From a virus (lineage: Duplodnaviria > Caudoviricetes), in the IMG/VR virus record IMGVR_UViG_3300022923_000017, positions 1 to 59,112 of that record: a DNA stretch of 59,112 bases, one strand, 5' to 3'. The notes beneath the pieces are model-generated. The model worked only from the letters and a program-made list of their open reading frames with translations. It searched no databases and was not told the origin of the DNA. Shown here piece after piece: positions 1-8,592 of this stretch. Every line of letters begins with the position of its first letter. Positions within the stretch are counted from its first letter, which is position 1. The position numbers were made by a program, and so were the translations under genes.

Positions 1-27
1 TGATAAACTTATAGCAACCAATAAGGG

Positions 28-288
28 GTGGACAATATCATTATAATTATGGAAGAAGAAAACGGATTTTATAAACTAGAAGTCGGAACAGAACACTCAG
101 TATTGATCTTTGCTACTCGTTTAGAGAATAAGAATTTTACCTTAGATATTAGTCTAAAGGACACATATGATTACCCAGTCGATGGGTGGATATACTTTGA
201 CACTCTAGACGGAGCGTGTGAATCTTTTGGTGTAGATCCAGAAGAATTCAGAGAAGATCTTTTTCCAACTGAGGAAGAAATGACATAA
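28..288 (+). CDS. hypothetical acidic protein
   Basis: 86-aa ORF with GTG start; no recognisable motif. Confidence 0.4.
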   Translation: MDNIIIIMEEENGFYKLEVGTEHSVLIFATRLENKNFTLDISLKDTYDYPVDGWIYFDTLDGACESFGVDPEEFREDLFPTEEEMT

Positions 289-314
289 ATAACACAACTC
301 AAAAACACAAATTG

Positions 315-322
315 TATAAATA
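315..322 (+). promoter_or_regulatory. T4-type late promoter (gp55-dependent)
   Basis: TATAAATA 5 nt upstream of ATG 328. Confidence 0.8.
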
Positions 323-327
323 GAACT

Positions 328-741
328 ATGGAACAAACAGAAAAACTCTTTAACGCGCTTGTTACTAACAATGCAGAAGGCGTACAGCAAGCATTTCAAG
401 ATGCTATGGGCGAAAAGATTCAACAAGCGTACGATATCCGTAAGGTCAATCTTACATCAACAGTATTTAATTCTCAAGGAGTAAGTGAAGCGGTTGAACT
501 CGATGAAGCGCTTAGTGCAAAAGACTTTTTAAAAGGTGGAGCAACTAAAATCTCAGATAGCGATGTCGATGATTTGCTTGGTAAGATATACGACAGCGGT
601 ACTTTAACTAAAGCTCTTGTTCGCAATAAGGTATATCAAGACGGAGAAGATAATCCTAAGAAGAAGAACACCTACAAGAAGGGAACAGCTGATTTTCATC
701 TCTTTCAATTAGGTCAACAAATCGAACAATCAAGATCGTAA
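328..741 (+). CDS. prohead core protein (gp67/gp68 position) with C-terminal extension
   Basis: Immediately upstream of gp21 under a late promoter; helical N-terminus, then VSEAVELDEA linker. Confidence 0.55.
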   Translation: MEQTEKLFNALVTNNAEGVQQAFQDAMGEKIQQAYDIRKVNLTSTVFNSQGVSEAVELDEALSAKDFLKGGATKISDSDVDDLLGKIYDSGTLTKALVRNKVYQDGEDNPKKKNTYKKGTADFHLFQLGQQIEQSRS

Positions 742-742
742 T

Positions 743-1339
743 ATGAAATTAATTACAGAGCATTTAGATCAAGTCGAATACATCACAGAAGCAAACGATA
801 AGGGCGAAAAGAAAGTCTATATCGAAGGTGTATTCATGCAAGCGGAAAAGGAAAACCGCAATAATAGAATTTATCCTAAAAACGTATTAACTGAGGCATG
901 TGCCAAATACGTAAAGGAGCAGGTTAGTACTGGACGAGCAGTTGGTGAGTTAAATCACCCTGAAGGTCCACAGATTAACCTTGATAAAGTTTCACATCGT
1001 ATTACTGAACTTAATTGGAACGGTAATAATGTTGTTGGAAAAGCACTGATACTAGACACGCCAATGGGTAAAATCGTGAAAGGTCTCGTCGAAGGCGGGT
1101 GTAAGTTAGGTGTTTCAAGTCGTGGTATGGGTACTGTTGAGAGAAGAGAAAATAAGTCATATGTTAAGAATGATTTTATTCTTAATACAATTGATATTGT
1201 TCAAGATCCCTCTGCACCATCTGCCTTCGTTGAAGGTATTATGGAAGGTGTAGAATGGATATGGGACAATGGTCTTCTGAAGCCTCAGCAAATTGAAAGT
1301 TATGAGACAGAAATCAAAGAGTATCTTCGGGGCGTCTAA
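743..1339 (+). CDS. gp21: prohead protease; the conserved C-terminus continues in the -1 frame to 1386
   Basis: YIEGVFMQAE, NRNNRIYP, GELNHP, GVSSRGMG, DIVQDPSAP motifs. Confidence 0.95.
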   Translation: MKLITEHLDQVEYITEANDKGEKKVYIEGVFMQAEKENRNNRIYPKNVLTEACAKYVKEQVSTGRAVGELNHPEGPQINLDKVSHRITELNWNGNNVVGKALILDTPMGKIVKGLVEGGCKLGVSSRGMGTVERRENKSYVKNDFILNTIDIVQDPSAPSAFVEGIMEGVEWIWDNGLLKPQQIESYETEIKEYLRGV

Positions 1340-1409
1340 GTGAGGCTCAGGAACGTATTTGGCAAGATTTCCTCTCCAATCTCTAATCTAATAAAGAAAG
1401 TTACAAATT

Positions 1410-2537
1410 ATGTCCGAAGATATTATAGAAGACATCACAGAAGAAGCTTTGCTTGAAGATCAGGAGCTTGTGCAGGATACATCTGCCGAAGAAGTTACTG
1501 AACAACAAGGCTATTCTGAGACAATCGAAGGTATTCTCCTAGGTGAAGGCAAGAAGTCCAAAACAGAATCTGATGAAGAAGAGTCCGAAGAGGATGAATC
1601 TGAAGAAGAGGAAGAAATGGAAGAAGCTGCTAAACCTAAAAAGGAAGAATCTGACGAAGAAGATTCCGAAGAGGAAGAAGAAGTAGAAGAAAGTGTTATT
1701 GTATCACAGAAACCTACGAATGAATCTAAAAAGGAAGAATCTGAAGAAGAGGAAGTAGAAGAAGAAGAAGAAGAGGAAGAAATGGAAGAATCTGTTGTAA
1801 ACGAAGATTTGTCCATCCTTATCCAAAGTGAAGCTAATCTAACTGAAGACTTCAAGGCTAAAGCATCAACATTGTTTGAAGCTGCTGTCTCTCAAAAAGT
1901 TGTTGCCGAAAGGGAACGTCTTGCTGAAGAGTATGCGAATGACCTTGTAGAAGAAGTTACAGAAGTACGTGAAAGTCTTATCACCAAGATCGATGATTAC
2001 CTCAGTTATGTGGTTGAGTCGTGGGTAGAAGATAATCAAGTCGCTGTTGACTCTAAGCTTCGTACAGATATTGCTGAAGGTTTCATCGGTTCTCTCAAGC
2101 AATTGTTTGTTGAGAATTACATCGAAGTTCCTGAATGCAAAGTAGATCTCTTCGACGAAATGTCGGAAGAAGTTCAAGAAGTAAAAGATGCACTTACCCT
2201 ATCTGAAAGCACTACTGTAGAGCTTCAAAAAAGGGTGGAAGAACTTTCTCGTAAGAGCATTCTTTCTGAACAATCTGCTGATCTTGCAGCTACTCAAGTA
2301 GCAAAGCTTGAAGCACTCACCGAAGAAGTTGAATTTGTATCTGAATCAGTTTTTGCTGAGAAGGTTGCAACAATTAAATCTTCGATGTTCGCTTCTAATT
2401 CTAAGTCAGAAGAAATCGTCCTTGAAGAAAATAATTCAAAGTCAGAAATCATTGTTGAAGGTGAAGTTGATTCTCAAGCAGAATTGACATCAGACATGAA
2501 GTCATACCTCTCAGCAATCACAAGTCAAATCAAGTAA
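1410..2537 (+). CDS. gp22: prohead core scaffolding protein
   Basis: Acidic coiled coil with FKAKASTLFEAAV, IDDYLSYVVESW, LKQLFVENYIEVP; lies between gp21 and gp23. Confidence 0.92.
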   Translation: MSEDIIEDITEEALLEDQELVQDTSAEEVTEQQGYSETIEGILLGEGKKSKTESDEEESEEDESEEEEEMEEAAKPKKEESDEEDSEEEEEVEESVIVSQKPTNESKKEESEEEEVEEEEEEEEMEESVVNEDLSILIQSEANLTEDFKAKASTLFEAAVSQKVVAERERLAEEYANDLVEEVTEVRESLITKIDDYLSYVVESWVEDNQVAVDSKLRTDIAEGFIGSLKQLFVENYIEVPECKVDLFDEMSEEVQEVKDALTLSESTTVELQKRVEELSRKSILSEQSADLAATQVAKLEALTEEVEFVSESVFAEKVATIKSSMFASNSKSEEIVLEENNSKSEIIVEGEVDSQAELTSDMKSYLSAITSQIK

Positions 2538-2587
2538 ATTAACGGTGATTCATACCACCAAAAACCAACAAATAGAAAACAAATAAT

Positions 2588-3868
2588 ATGTTTAATGCAG
2601 AACAAGATATCAAAAAGTGGGCACCAGTACTAGAACACGCTGACGCCGCTCCTATCACAGACAGCTACAAAAAGGCTGTTACCGCTAAGCTCCTCGAAAA
2701 CACTGAAGTAGCTCTTAAACAAGAGCGCGCTCAGTATGGTGAACTTAACGAAAATAATCAAGCAACTGGTGCAGTTTCTAACTTCGATCCAGTTCTTATC
2801 TCCCTTGTACGTCGTGCAATGCCTAACCTCATCGCTTATGATGTAGCAGGTGTTCAGCCAATGTCCGGTCCAACTGGTCTCATCTTCGCGATGAAGAGCC
2901 GTTACAATCCTACTGACGGAGTTATCGGTCCAGTCGAAGATGGTGTCGAATTCGTTGACGCTGATCAGCCTGAAGCTCTTGGTCTCGACGAGCCTGATAC
3001 AGCTTTCTCCGGTACTGGTACACATCCAGCAGGCGTAGGCGTTGCCACATCTACTGGCGAAACTCTTGGAACTGCTGGTAATCTTTTCGGTGACATGGGT
3101 TTCACAATCGAAAAAGCTGTTGTTGAAGCTAAGACACGTGGTCTTAAAGCTGAATACACAATGGAGCTTGCACAAGATCTGAAGGCTATCCACAACTTGG
3201 ATGCTGAATCTGAGCTTGCTAACATCCTCTCGACTGAAATCCTTGCTGAAATCAATCGCGAAGTTATCAACTCGATCAACAGTATCGCCGTTGAGGGTGC
3301 TGCCGGAGCTACTGCCGCTGGTACATTCAGCCTTAGCGCTGATGCTGATGGCCGTTGGGCTGTTGAAAAGTTCAAGAGCTTGTTGTTCCAAATCGAAGTT
3401 GAAGCTAATAAGATCGCACTTACCACTCGTCGTGGTAAAGGTAACTTCATTATCTGCTCTTCTAACGTTGCTTCTGCTCTTGCAGCTGCCGGCGTTTTGG
3501 ATTATTCTCCTGCTCTCGCAACCAATCTTCAAGTTGACGCAACTGGTAACACCTTCGCAGGTGTTCTTAATGGTCGCATGAAGGTATATGTTGATCCTTA
3601 TGCAGGTCCTGATTATGTAACAGTTGGCTATCGTGGCACTAACGCATACGATGCTGGTCTCTTCTACTGCCCATACGTACCACTCACTATGGTTCGCGCA
3701 GTTGATGAAAACACCTTCCAACCTAAGGTTGCTTTCAAGACTCGTTACGGTATGCAACAAAATCCATTCGTCGGTCTCGCTCAAGGTATCGGCACTGCTG
3801 GTGAGAATTCTTACTTCCGTAAGTTCTTGGTAACCGACATCAACGTTGGCGAAGCACCTGCTGTATAA
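2588..3868 (+). CDS. gp23: major capsid protein
   Basis: LVRRAMPNLIAYDVAGVQPMSGPTGLIFAM, LKAEYTMELAQDLKAIH, YCPYVPL, FKTRYG. Confidence 0.98.
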   Translation: MFNAEQDIKKWAPVLEHADAAPITDSYKKAVTAKLLENTEVALKQERAQYGELNENNQATGAVSNFDPVLISLVRRAMPNLIAYDVAGVQPMSGPTGLIFAMKSRYNPTDGVIGPVEDGVEFVDADQPEALGLDEPDTAFSGTGTHPAGVGVATSTGETLGTAGNLFGDMGFTIEKAVVEAKTRGLKAEYTMELAQDLKAIHNLDAESELANILSTEILAEINREVINSINSIAVEGAAGATAAGTFSLSADADGRWAVEKFKSLLFQIEVEANKIALTTRRGKGNFIICSSNVASALAAAGVLDYSPALATNLQVDATGNTFAGVLNGRMKVYVDPYAGPDYVTVGYRGTNAYDAGLFYCPYVPLTMVRAVDENTFQPKVAFKTRYGMQQNPFVGLAQGIGTAGENSYFRKFLVTDINVGEAPAV

Positions 3869-3887
3869 TTGATCTAGTTTAAATCTT

Positions 3888-3920
3888 AAGTGGAGATCCT
3901 TCGGGGTCTCCACTTTTTTT
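3888..3920 (+). terminator. rho-independent terminator after gp23
   Basis: AAGTGGAGATCC-TTCG-GGGTCTCCACTT followed by T-run. Confidence 0.9.
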
Positions 3921-3921
3921 G

Positions 3922-3929
3922 TATAAATA
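3922..3929 (+). promoter_or_regulatory. late promoter
   Basis: TATAAATA 5 nt before ATG 3935. Confidence 0.8.
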
Positions 3930-3934
3930 TATAC

Positions 3935-4399
3935 ATGAGCCTAACAGATAATTTTAACTTCTTATCTCCGACAGGATTTAAGCTATCGATCGAATCACCC
4001 AAATTCGATAACCTAGAGTACTTCATTACAACAGTTTCTCTTCCGAGTATGTCATTAAGTGAAGTAGATTCTAGTTTTCGAAATCAGCAAGGATTTGTAA
4101 GCGGCGATCAGGTCAATTATGATTCTCTCGAAGTAACATTCTCGGTTGATGAAGATATGAAAAACTATGTTGAGGTTTTCAATTGGATAAAGGAAACGGC
4201 TGAGAGCGATAGACAAGTCACCAATGATATTATATTGAGCATTCTCACGAGTCATAACAATATTAATCGACAAATTAGGTTTGTACGAGCAATTCCAGTT
4301 TCTCTTGGAGGTGTCGAATTCACTACTCAGGCGACAGACATTGAATATCTTCAGAGTTCTATATCGTTCAGGTATGACTATTTCGAGATACTTAAGTAG
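3935..4399 (+). CDS. gp3: tail tube terminator / tail completion protein
   Basis: NFLSPTGFKL, FSVDEDMKNYVEVFNW, FRYDYF; follows gp23; start moved to ATG after the promoter. Confidence 0.85.
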   Translation: MSLTDNFNFLSPTGFKLSIESPKFDNLEYFITTVSLPSMSLSEVDSSFRNQQGFVSGDQVNYDSLEVTFSVDEDMKNYVEVFNWIKETAESDRQVTNDIILSILTSHNNINRQIRFVRAIPVSLGGVEFTTQATDIEYLQSSISFRYDYFEILK

Positions 4400-4407
4400 T
4401 ATAAATA
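4400..4407 (+). promoter_or_regulatory. late promoter
   Basis: TATAAATA upstream of uvsY. Confidence 0.7.
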
Positions 4408-4417
4408 CTTTTATATT

Positions 4418-4864
4418 ATGATACTTGATGAAATTTTAAAAATGTGGAGTGAAGATGTTAAGATTGATGATCTTAACCTTGACGAAGAAACAACGAAGTC
4501 AGCTAAGCTTCACTCAAAATACTTAGAGCTCTTTACACTTGCTAAGCTGCAACTAAAGAGAAATGAAACGGAGATGAATAAGCTTCGTAAGAATAAGTGG
4601 TTGTACTTTAGTGGTAAGATGACTAAAGAAGAAATGGATAAGCTTGGTTGGCAATATGATCCATTCAATGGTATGTCTAAACCACTCAAATCTGATATGG
4701 ATATGTATTATAACTCTGATGAAGATATCATTCGAGTAGCAGGTAAAATCGATTATCAGAAAATGATGGTAGAAGTTCTAGAAGAGATTATGAACAACTT
4801 GAGATGGAGACACACGAACATTAAGAATATCTTAGAGTTTAAAAAGTTTACATCTGGAGCGTAA
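4418..4864 (+). CDS. uvsY: recombination mediator UvsY
   Basis: WSEDVKID, LHSKYL, KWLYFSGK, IKNILEFKKF; adjacent to uvsW. Confidence 0.9.
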   Translation: MILDEILKMWSEDVKIDDLNLDEETTKSAKLHSKYLELFTLAKLQLKRNETEMNKLRKNKWLYFSGKMTKEEMDKLGWQYDPFNGMSKPLKSDMDMYYNSDEDIIRVAGKIDYQKMMVEVLEEIMNNLRWRHTNIKNILEFKKFTSGA

Positions 4865-4882
4865 CTTAATAATATTTAGAAC

Positions 4883-6376
4883 ATGCTCAATATCCGTAAA
4901 GTTAATGAAGCTAAAATACACATATCTAGCGATGATAGTGGTGTATTGATGGAGTTAGGCGAGTATTTTACGTTCTTCGCTGAAGGCTATAAGTTCATTC
5001 CAAGTTATCGCAATAAGATGTGGGATGGAAAAATTCGACTCTTTTGTAGGAGATCTCAGACAATGGCGTTTGGTCTTTTAGGTAAGATTGTTGAATTCGC
5101 TACAGATCGTAACTATGAAATTAACCTTGATGAAGCGATTAAACCTACACTTAGTTCGACTAACGAAGAACTAGACACTTTCATTAATGAGCTATCTCTA
5201 TCATCGAAAGAGAATGCTATTCAAGCTCGTGATTATCAGATCGCAGCATTTAAAGAAGCTGCTACATCTCAGAGAACGATACTACTATCTCCTACAGGTT
5301 CTGGCAAATCTCTTATGATCTATATGCTTGCTCGATACTTTTTGTCGAAAGAGATGGATCGAAAGGTGCTGATCGTGGTTCCTACTACTTCGCTCGTAGA
5401 GCAGATGACAAAAGACTTTGCTGACTATTCCTCGAATGATCCTGATTATAACGTTGATGAAGAGGTGCATAAGATCTACTCAGGAAAGGAAAAGTTTGAC
5501 ATTAACGCATCGATCGTTATTACTACATGGCAGAGTGCTATTAAACTTCCTCTGTCGTGGTTCGATGCTTATGGCATGATTGTAGGTGATGAAGCTCATA
5601 CCTTTAAAGCAAAGAGTCTAACTACTATTATGGATCGTTTAAGTAAAGCGTATGTCCGTATAGGAACGACTGGTACTCTTGACGGTGGTAAAGTAAATGA
5701 GTTGGTTCTTGAAGGAAGCTTTGGTCCAACATATAAAGTAACGAGCACAAAGAAGTTGATGGACGAAGACACATTGGCAGATCTAGATATTCAGTGCTTA
5801 GTGCTGAAATATCCAGACACAATGAAGAAAGCAATGGCGAAAGCAACCTATCATGAAGAGATTGATTGCATTGTAGGTTACGAAAATCGTAATAAGTTCA
5901 TTACTAATCTTGCTCTCGACCAAAGCGGTAATACACTTGTCTTGTACAATTTGGTTAATAAGCATGGTAAGATTCTATACAACATGATAAAGGATAAGTC
6001 CACTAAAGGAAATGTCTTCTTTGTGTCAGGTGCTGTGAATGCCGAGGAACGAGAACGAATCAGAGAGCTGACAGAAAAGGAGAATGGCGCTATCATCGTA
6101 GCGTCAATGGGTACATTCAGTACTGGTATCAATATTAAGAATCTTCATAATATCATATTCGCTGCTCCTACTAAATCTCAAATTAGAGTTCTTCAGTCAA
6201 TTGGAAGAGGGTTAAGAAAGTCTGATAGCGGACAACCTACTATTGTCTATGATTTAGCAGATGATATGTGTTGGAAGAAGCATAAAAACTATACACATAA
6301 CCATGCTATAAATAGAATTAGAATATATGCTAAAGAGCGATTCAAATACACTATACACGAGGTACCTATGATATGA
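4883..6376 (+). CDS. uvsW: SF2 DNA helicase UvsW
   Basis: WDGKIRLF, SPTGSGKS, DEAH, QSIGRGLR. Confidence 0.95.
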   Translation: MLNIRKVNEAKIHISSDDSGVLMELGEYFTFFAEGYKFIPSYRNKMWDGKIRLFCRRSQTMAFGLLGKIVEFATDRNYEINLDEAIKPTLSSTNEELDTFINELSLSSKENAIQARDYQIAAFKEAATSQRTILLSPTGSGKSLMIYMLARYFLSKEMDRKVLIVVPTTSLVEQMTKDFADYSSNDPDYNVDEEVHKIYSGKEKFDINASIVITTWQSAIKLPLSWFDAYGMIVGDEAHTFKAKSLTTIMDRLSKAYVRIGTTGTLDGGKVNELVLEGSFGPTYKVTSTKKLMDEDTLADLDIQCLVLKYPDTMKKAMAKATYHEEIDCIVGYENRNKFITNLALDQSGNTLVLYNLVNKHGKILYNMIKDKSTKGNVFFVSGAVNAEERERIRELTEKENGAIIVASMGTFSTGINIKNLHNIIFAAPTKSQIRVLQSIGRGLRKSDSGQPTIVYDLADDMCWKKHKNYTHNHAINRIRIYAKERFKYTIHEVPMI

Positions 6377-6771
6377 TGAACTACGATGATGATGAATTCC
6401 TAATTACATACCGACTAGTCGATGGCACTTATCTGATTGCCGAAGAGGTTGACATAAGTGAAGAGAACTCAGTGATCTACGTTTCCAATCCTTTAGAACT
6501 GATCAGAAGTCCAGAAGGTTGCAAGTTAATCCCATGGGTAATAGGTGATGATGATACGTGTATTGAGTTGAACGCTAACAACATTATAGCTAGAAGTGAA
6601 ACTACCAAGTTAATATCAGAATACTATTATAAGTATATTACGTATGATAATATATTGAAAGCGATGTATAACAAAGAAGATGATAATGATAATGATCAAG
6701 TTGATAATCTAGATTCATTGGATAAATTCTTTAAGAAATTAGAGAAACCAAATAGATTAGATTATAATTAA
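6373..6771 (+). CDS. conserved T4-like hypothetical protein (possible Sm-like fold)
   Basis: RLVDGTYLIAE...NPLEL...PW pattern; position between uvsW and gp55. Confidence 0.55.
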   Translation: MMNYDDDEFLITYRLVDGTYLIAEEVDISEENSVIYVSNPLELIRSPEGCKLIPWVIGDDDTCIELNANNIIARSETTKLISEYYYKYITYDNILKAMYNKEDDNDNDQVDNLDSLDKFFKKLEKPNRLDYN

Positions 6772-6808
6772 TAGACATCTTTGTGGTTGTTTGTTTTTGA
6801 TAAATCCA

Positions 6809-6837
6809 ATTATAACAACAATTGGCAGAGTTGTAAA
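6809..6837 (-). promoter_or_regulatory. antisense early-type promoter
   Basis: Minus strand reads GTTTACA-17 nt-TATAAT. Confidence 0.7.
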
Positions 6838-6874
6838 CCCCTAAATGCTGTACTTACTGATATAACATTAAGTA

Positions 6875-6903
6875 TTTACTTATCAGCGATTATATGGTAT
6901 AAT
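6875..6903 (+). promoter_or_regulatory. early-type sigma70 promoter for gp55
   Basis: TTTACT-17-TATAAT with extended -10 TG. Confidence 0.75.
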
Positions 6904-6910
6904 ATATATT

Positions 6911-7516
6911 ATGAAAATGAATCCTAAGACGAAGAGAGTACGCCGTGCCAAAGAGCATTACGTAAACAATAAAGAATTCTCACAAGCTGTAGTTGATTAT
7001 GTATGTAGTGTTAACGAAGCCCGTGAAGCTGGTTCTAAGGAACCAACGATAACAAACTATATTGGTGAATGTTTCTTAAAGATATGTAATGGTCTATCCC
7101 ATAAACCAAACTTCATCGGTTATACATATCGTGAAGAGATGGTGATGGATGCAGCAGCGAATTGTGTGAAGGCTATTATGAATTACGATGTTGAAAAGGC
7201 AACTCGTACTGGATTGCCAAATGCTTTTGCTTACTTCACTCAAATCACGTACTTTGCATTCCTTCGTCGTATTGCAAAAGAGAAAAAGCAACAAGATATC
7301 AAAGAGCGGTATATCACCTATGCTGGTGCAGATGCATTCGCTGACTTTGGTTCTCATGGCAGCGTTGCTAGTTCAGACAACATTGTTGATTCTATTAGAA
7401 ATAAGTCTATGCGAATTAGAGAGAAAGATAACGCTATTAAGGATTTCGGCAAAGAGCTGAAAAAGAAGGAACGAAAGACAAAGGATAATACGAGTGGAAT
7501 TGAACTCTTCTTTTAG
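6911..7516 (+). CDS. gp55: late-transcription sigma factor
   Basis: HYVNNKEF, YIGECFLKI, NFIGYTYREEM, NAFAYFTQI. Confidence 0.95.
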   Translation: MKMNPKTKRVRRAKEHYVNNKEFSQAVVDYVCSVNEAREAGSKEPTITNYIGECFLKICNGLSHKPNFIGYTYREEMVMDAAANCVKAIMNYDVEKATRTGLPNAFAYFTQITYFAFLRRIAKEKKQQDIKERYITYAGADAFADFGSHGSVASSDNIVDSIRNKSMRIREKDNAIKDFGKELKKKERKTKDNTSGIELFF

Positions 7517-7530
7517 AGGCATTTTATATT

Positions 7531-8592
7531 ATGAGTAAGTTAGCAATCTTAAATGATACGCATTTTGGTGTAAAGAACGGTTCACAGATCTTCTTGGATT
7601 ATTCAAGTAAGTTCTTTTCTGAAGTATTCTTTCCATATTGTCTAGAACATGATATCAAACATGTGCTGCACTGTGGTGACTACTTTGATCATAGAAAGTT
7701 CGTCAACTATAAAGTCATGCAGCATTCATTCGATGCCTTCATTTCAAAACTCTATGAGTATGACATGACAATGGATATTATTTGTGGCAATCATGACGTA
7801 TACTATAAGAACACTAATGAACTCAATTCGTTAGAACAAGTTCTTGGTCAATATTCTGATCGTGTGCACATCCACATGAATCCAATTGATAAAGACTTTG
7901 ATGGACTGAGTATAGGATTCCTCCCATGGATGACACAAGATAATTATGACGAATGTACAAAGTTCATCGCGACTTCAAAATCGCCTGTCATTCTTTCGCA
8001 CTTAGAACTACAGGGATTTATAATGGGCAAAGGATTGCCAGTAGCATCTCATGGTTTAAACTCAAGTTTGTTTTCTCGCTATGAGATGGTATTATCTGGA
8101 CACTACCACACCAAATCGACACAAGGCAACATACACTACCTTGGTACACAGATGGAATTGACGTGGTCTGATGCTGGTGATCCTAAGTACTTCCACGTAT
8201 TAGACACTGATACACGTGAGTTGACTCCAGTGAGAAATAAGTATTTACTTTTTCGCAGAATAAGATATAATGGTACAGAGACAGAGGCTATTACGCGTGA
8301 TGAGATTAGAGGATCTTATGTTAAAGTTGTAGTAGTATCTAAAAAAGACCTATATGAGTTTGACAAGTTTATTGATCGCCTTCAATCGTATGAACCCTTC
8401 GAAGTAAAAATCGTTGAAACATTCGAAGAATACACTGGTGAAAATGTTAATGATGACGATATATCAACAACCGATACACCGACATTGCTTAATACCTATG
8501 TTGACTCTATAGAAACAGATCTCGACTCTGATAAACTAAAAACCATGCTACAAGAATTATTCGTCGAAGCACAACAGCTTGAATCTATATAA
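7531..8592 (+). CDS. gp47: Mre11/SbcD-like recombination nuclease
   Basis: DTHFG, GDYFD, GNHD, SGHYH metallophosphoesterase motifs. Confidence 0.93.
   Translation: MSKLAILNDTHFGVKNGSQIFLDYSSKFFSEVFFPYCLEHDIKHVLHCGDYFDHRKFVNYKVMQHSFDAFISKLYEYDMTMDIICGNHDVYYKNTNELNSLEQVLGQYSDRVHIHMNPIDKDFDGLSIGFLPWMTQDNYDECTKFIATSKSPVILSHLELQGFIMGKGLPVASHGLNSSLFSRYEMVLSGHYHTKSTQGNIHYLGTQMELTWSDAGDPKYFHVLDTDTRELTPVRNKYLLFRRIRYNGTETEAITRDEIRGSYVKVVVVSKKDLYEFDKFIDRLQSYEPFEVKIVETFEEYTGENVNDDDISTTDTPTLLNTYVDSIETDLDSDKLKTMLQELFVEAQQLESI

Noticed and set aside
1560-1800. GAA-rich repeats in gp22
   Set aside because: Low-complexity Glu-rich scaffold coding sequence, not a CRISPR array or DNA repeat element
2630-3913. 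427-aa minus-strand ORF antisense to gp23
   Set aside because: Shadow ORF from biased codon usage of a highly expressed gene; no promoter or protein motif. The same applies to the other minus-strand ORFs in the track.
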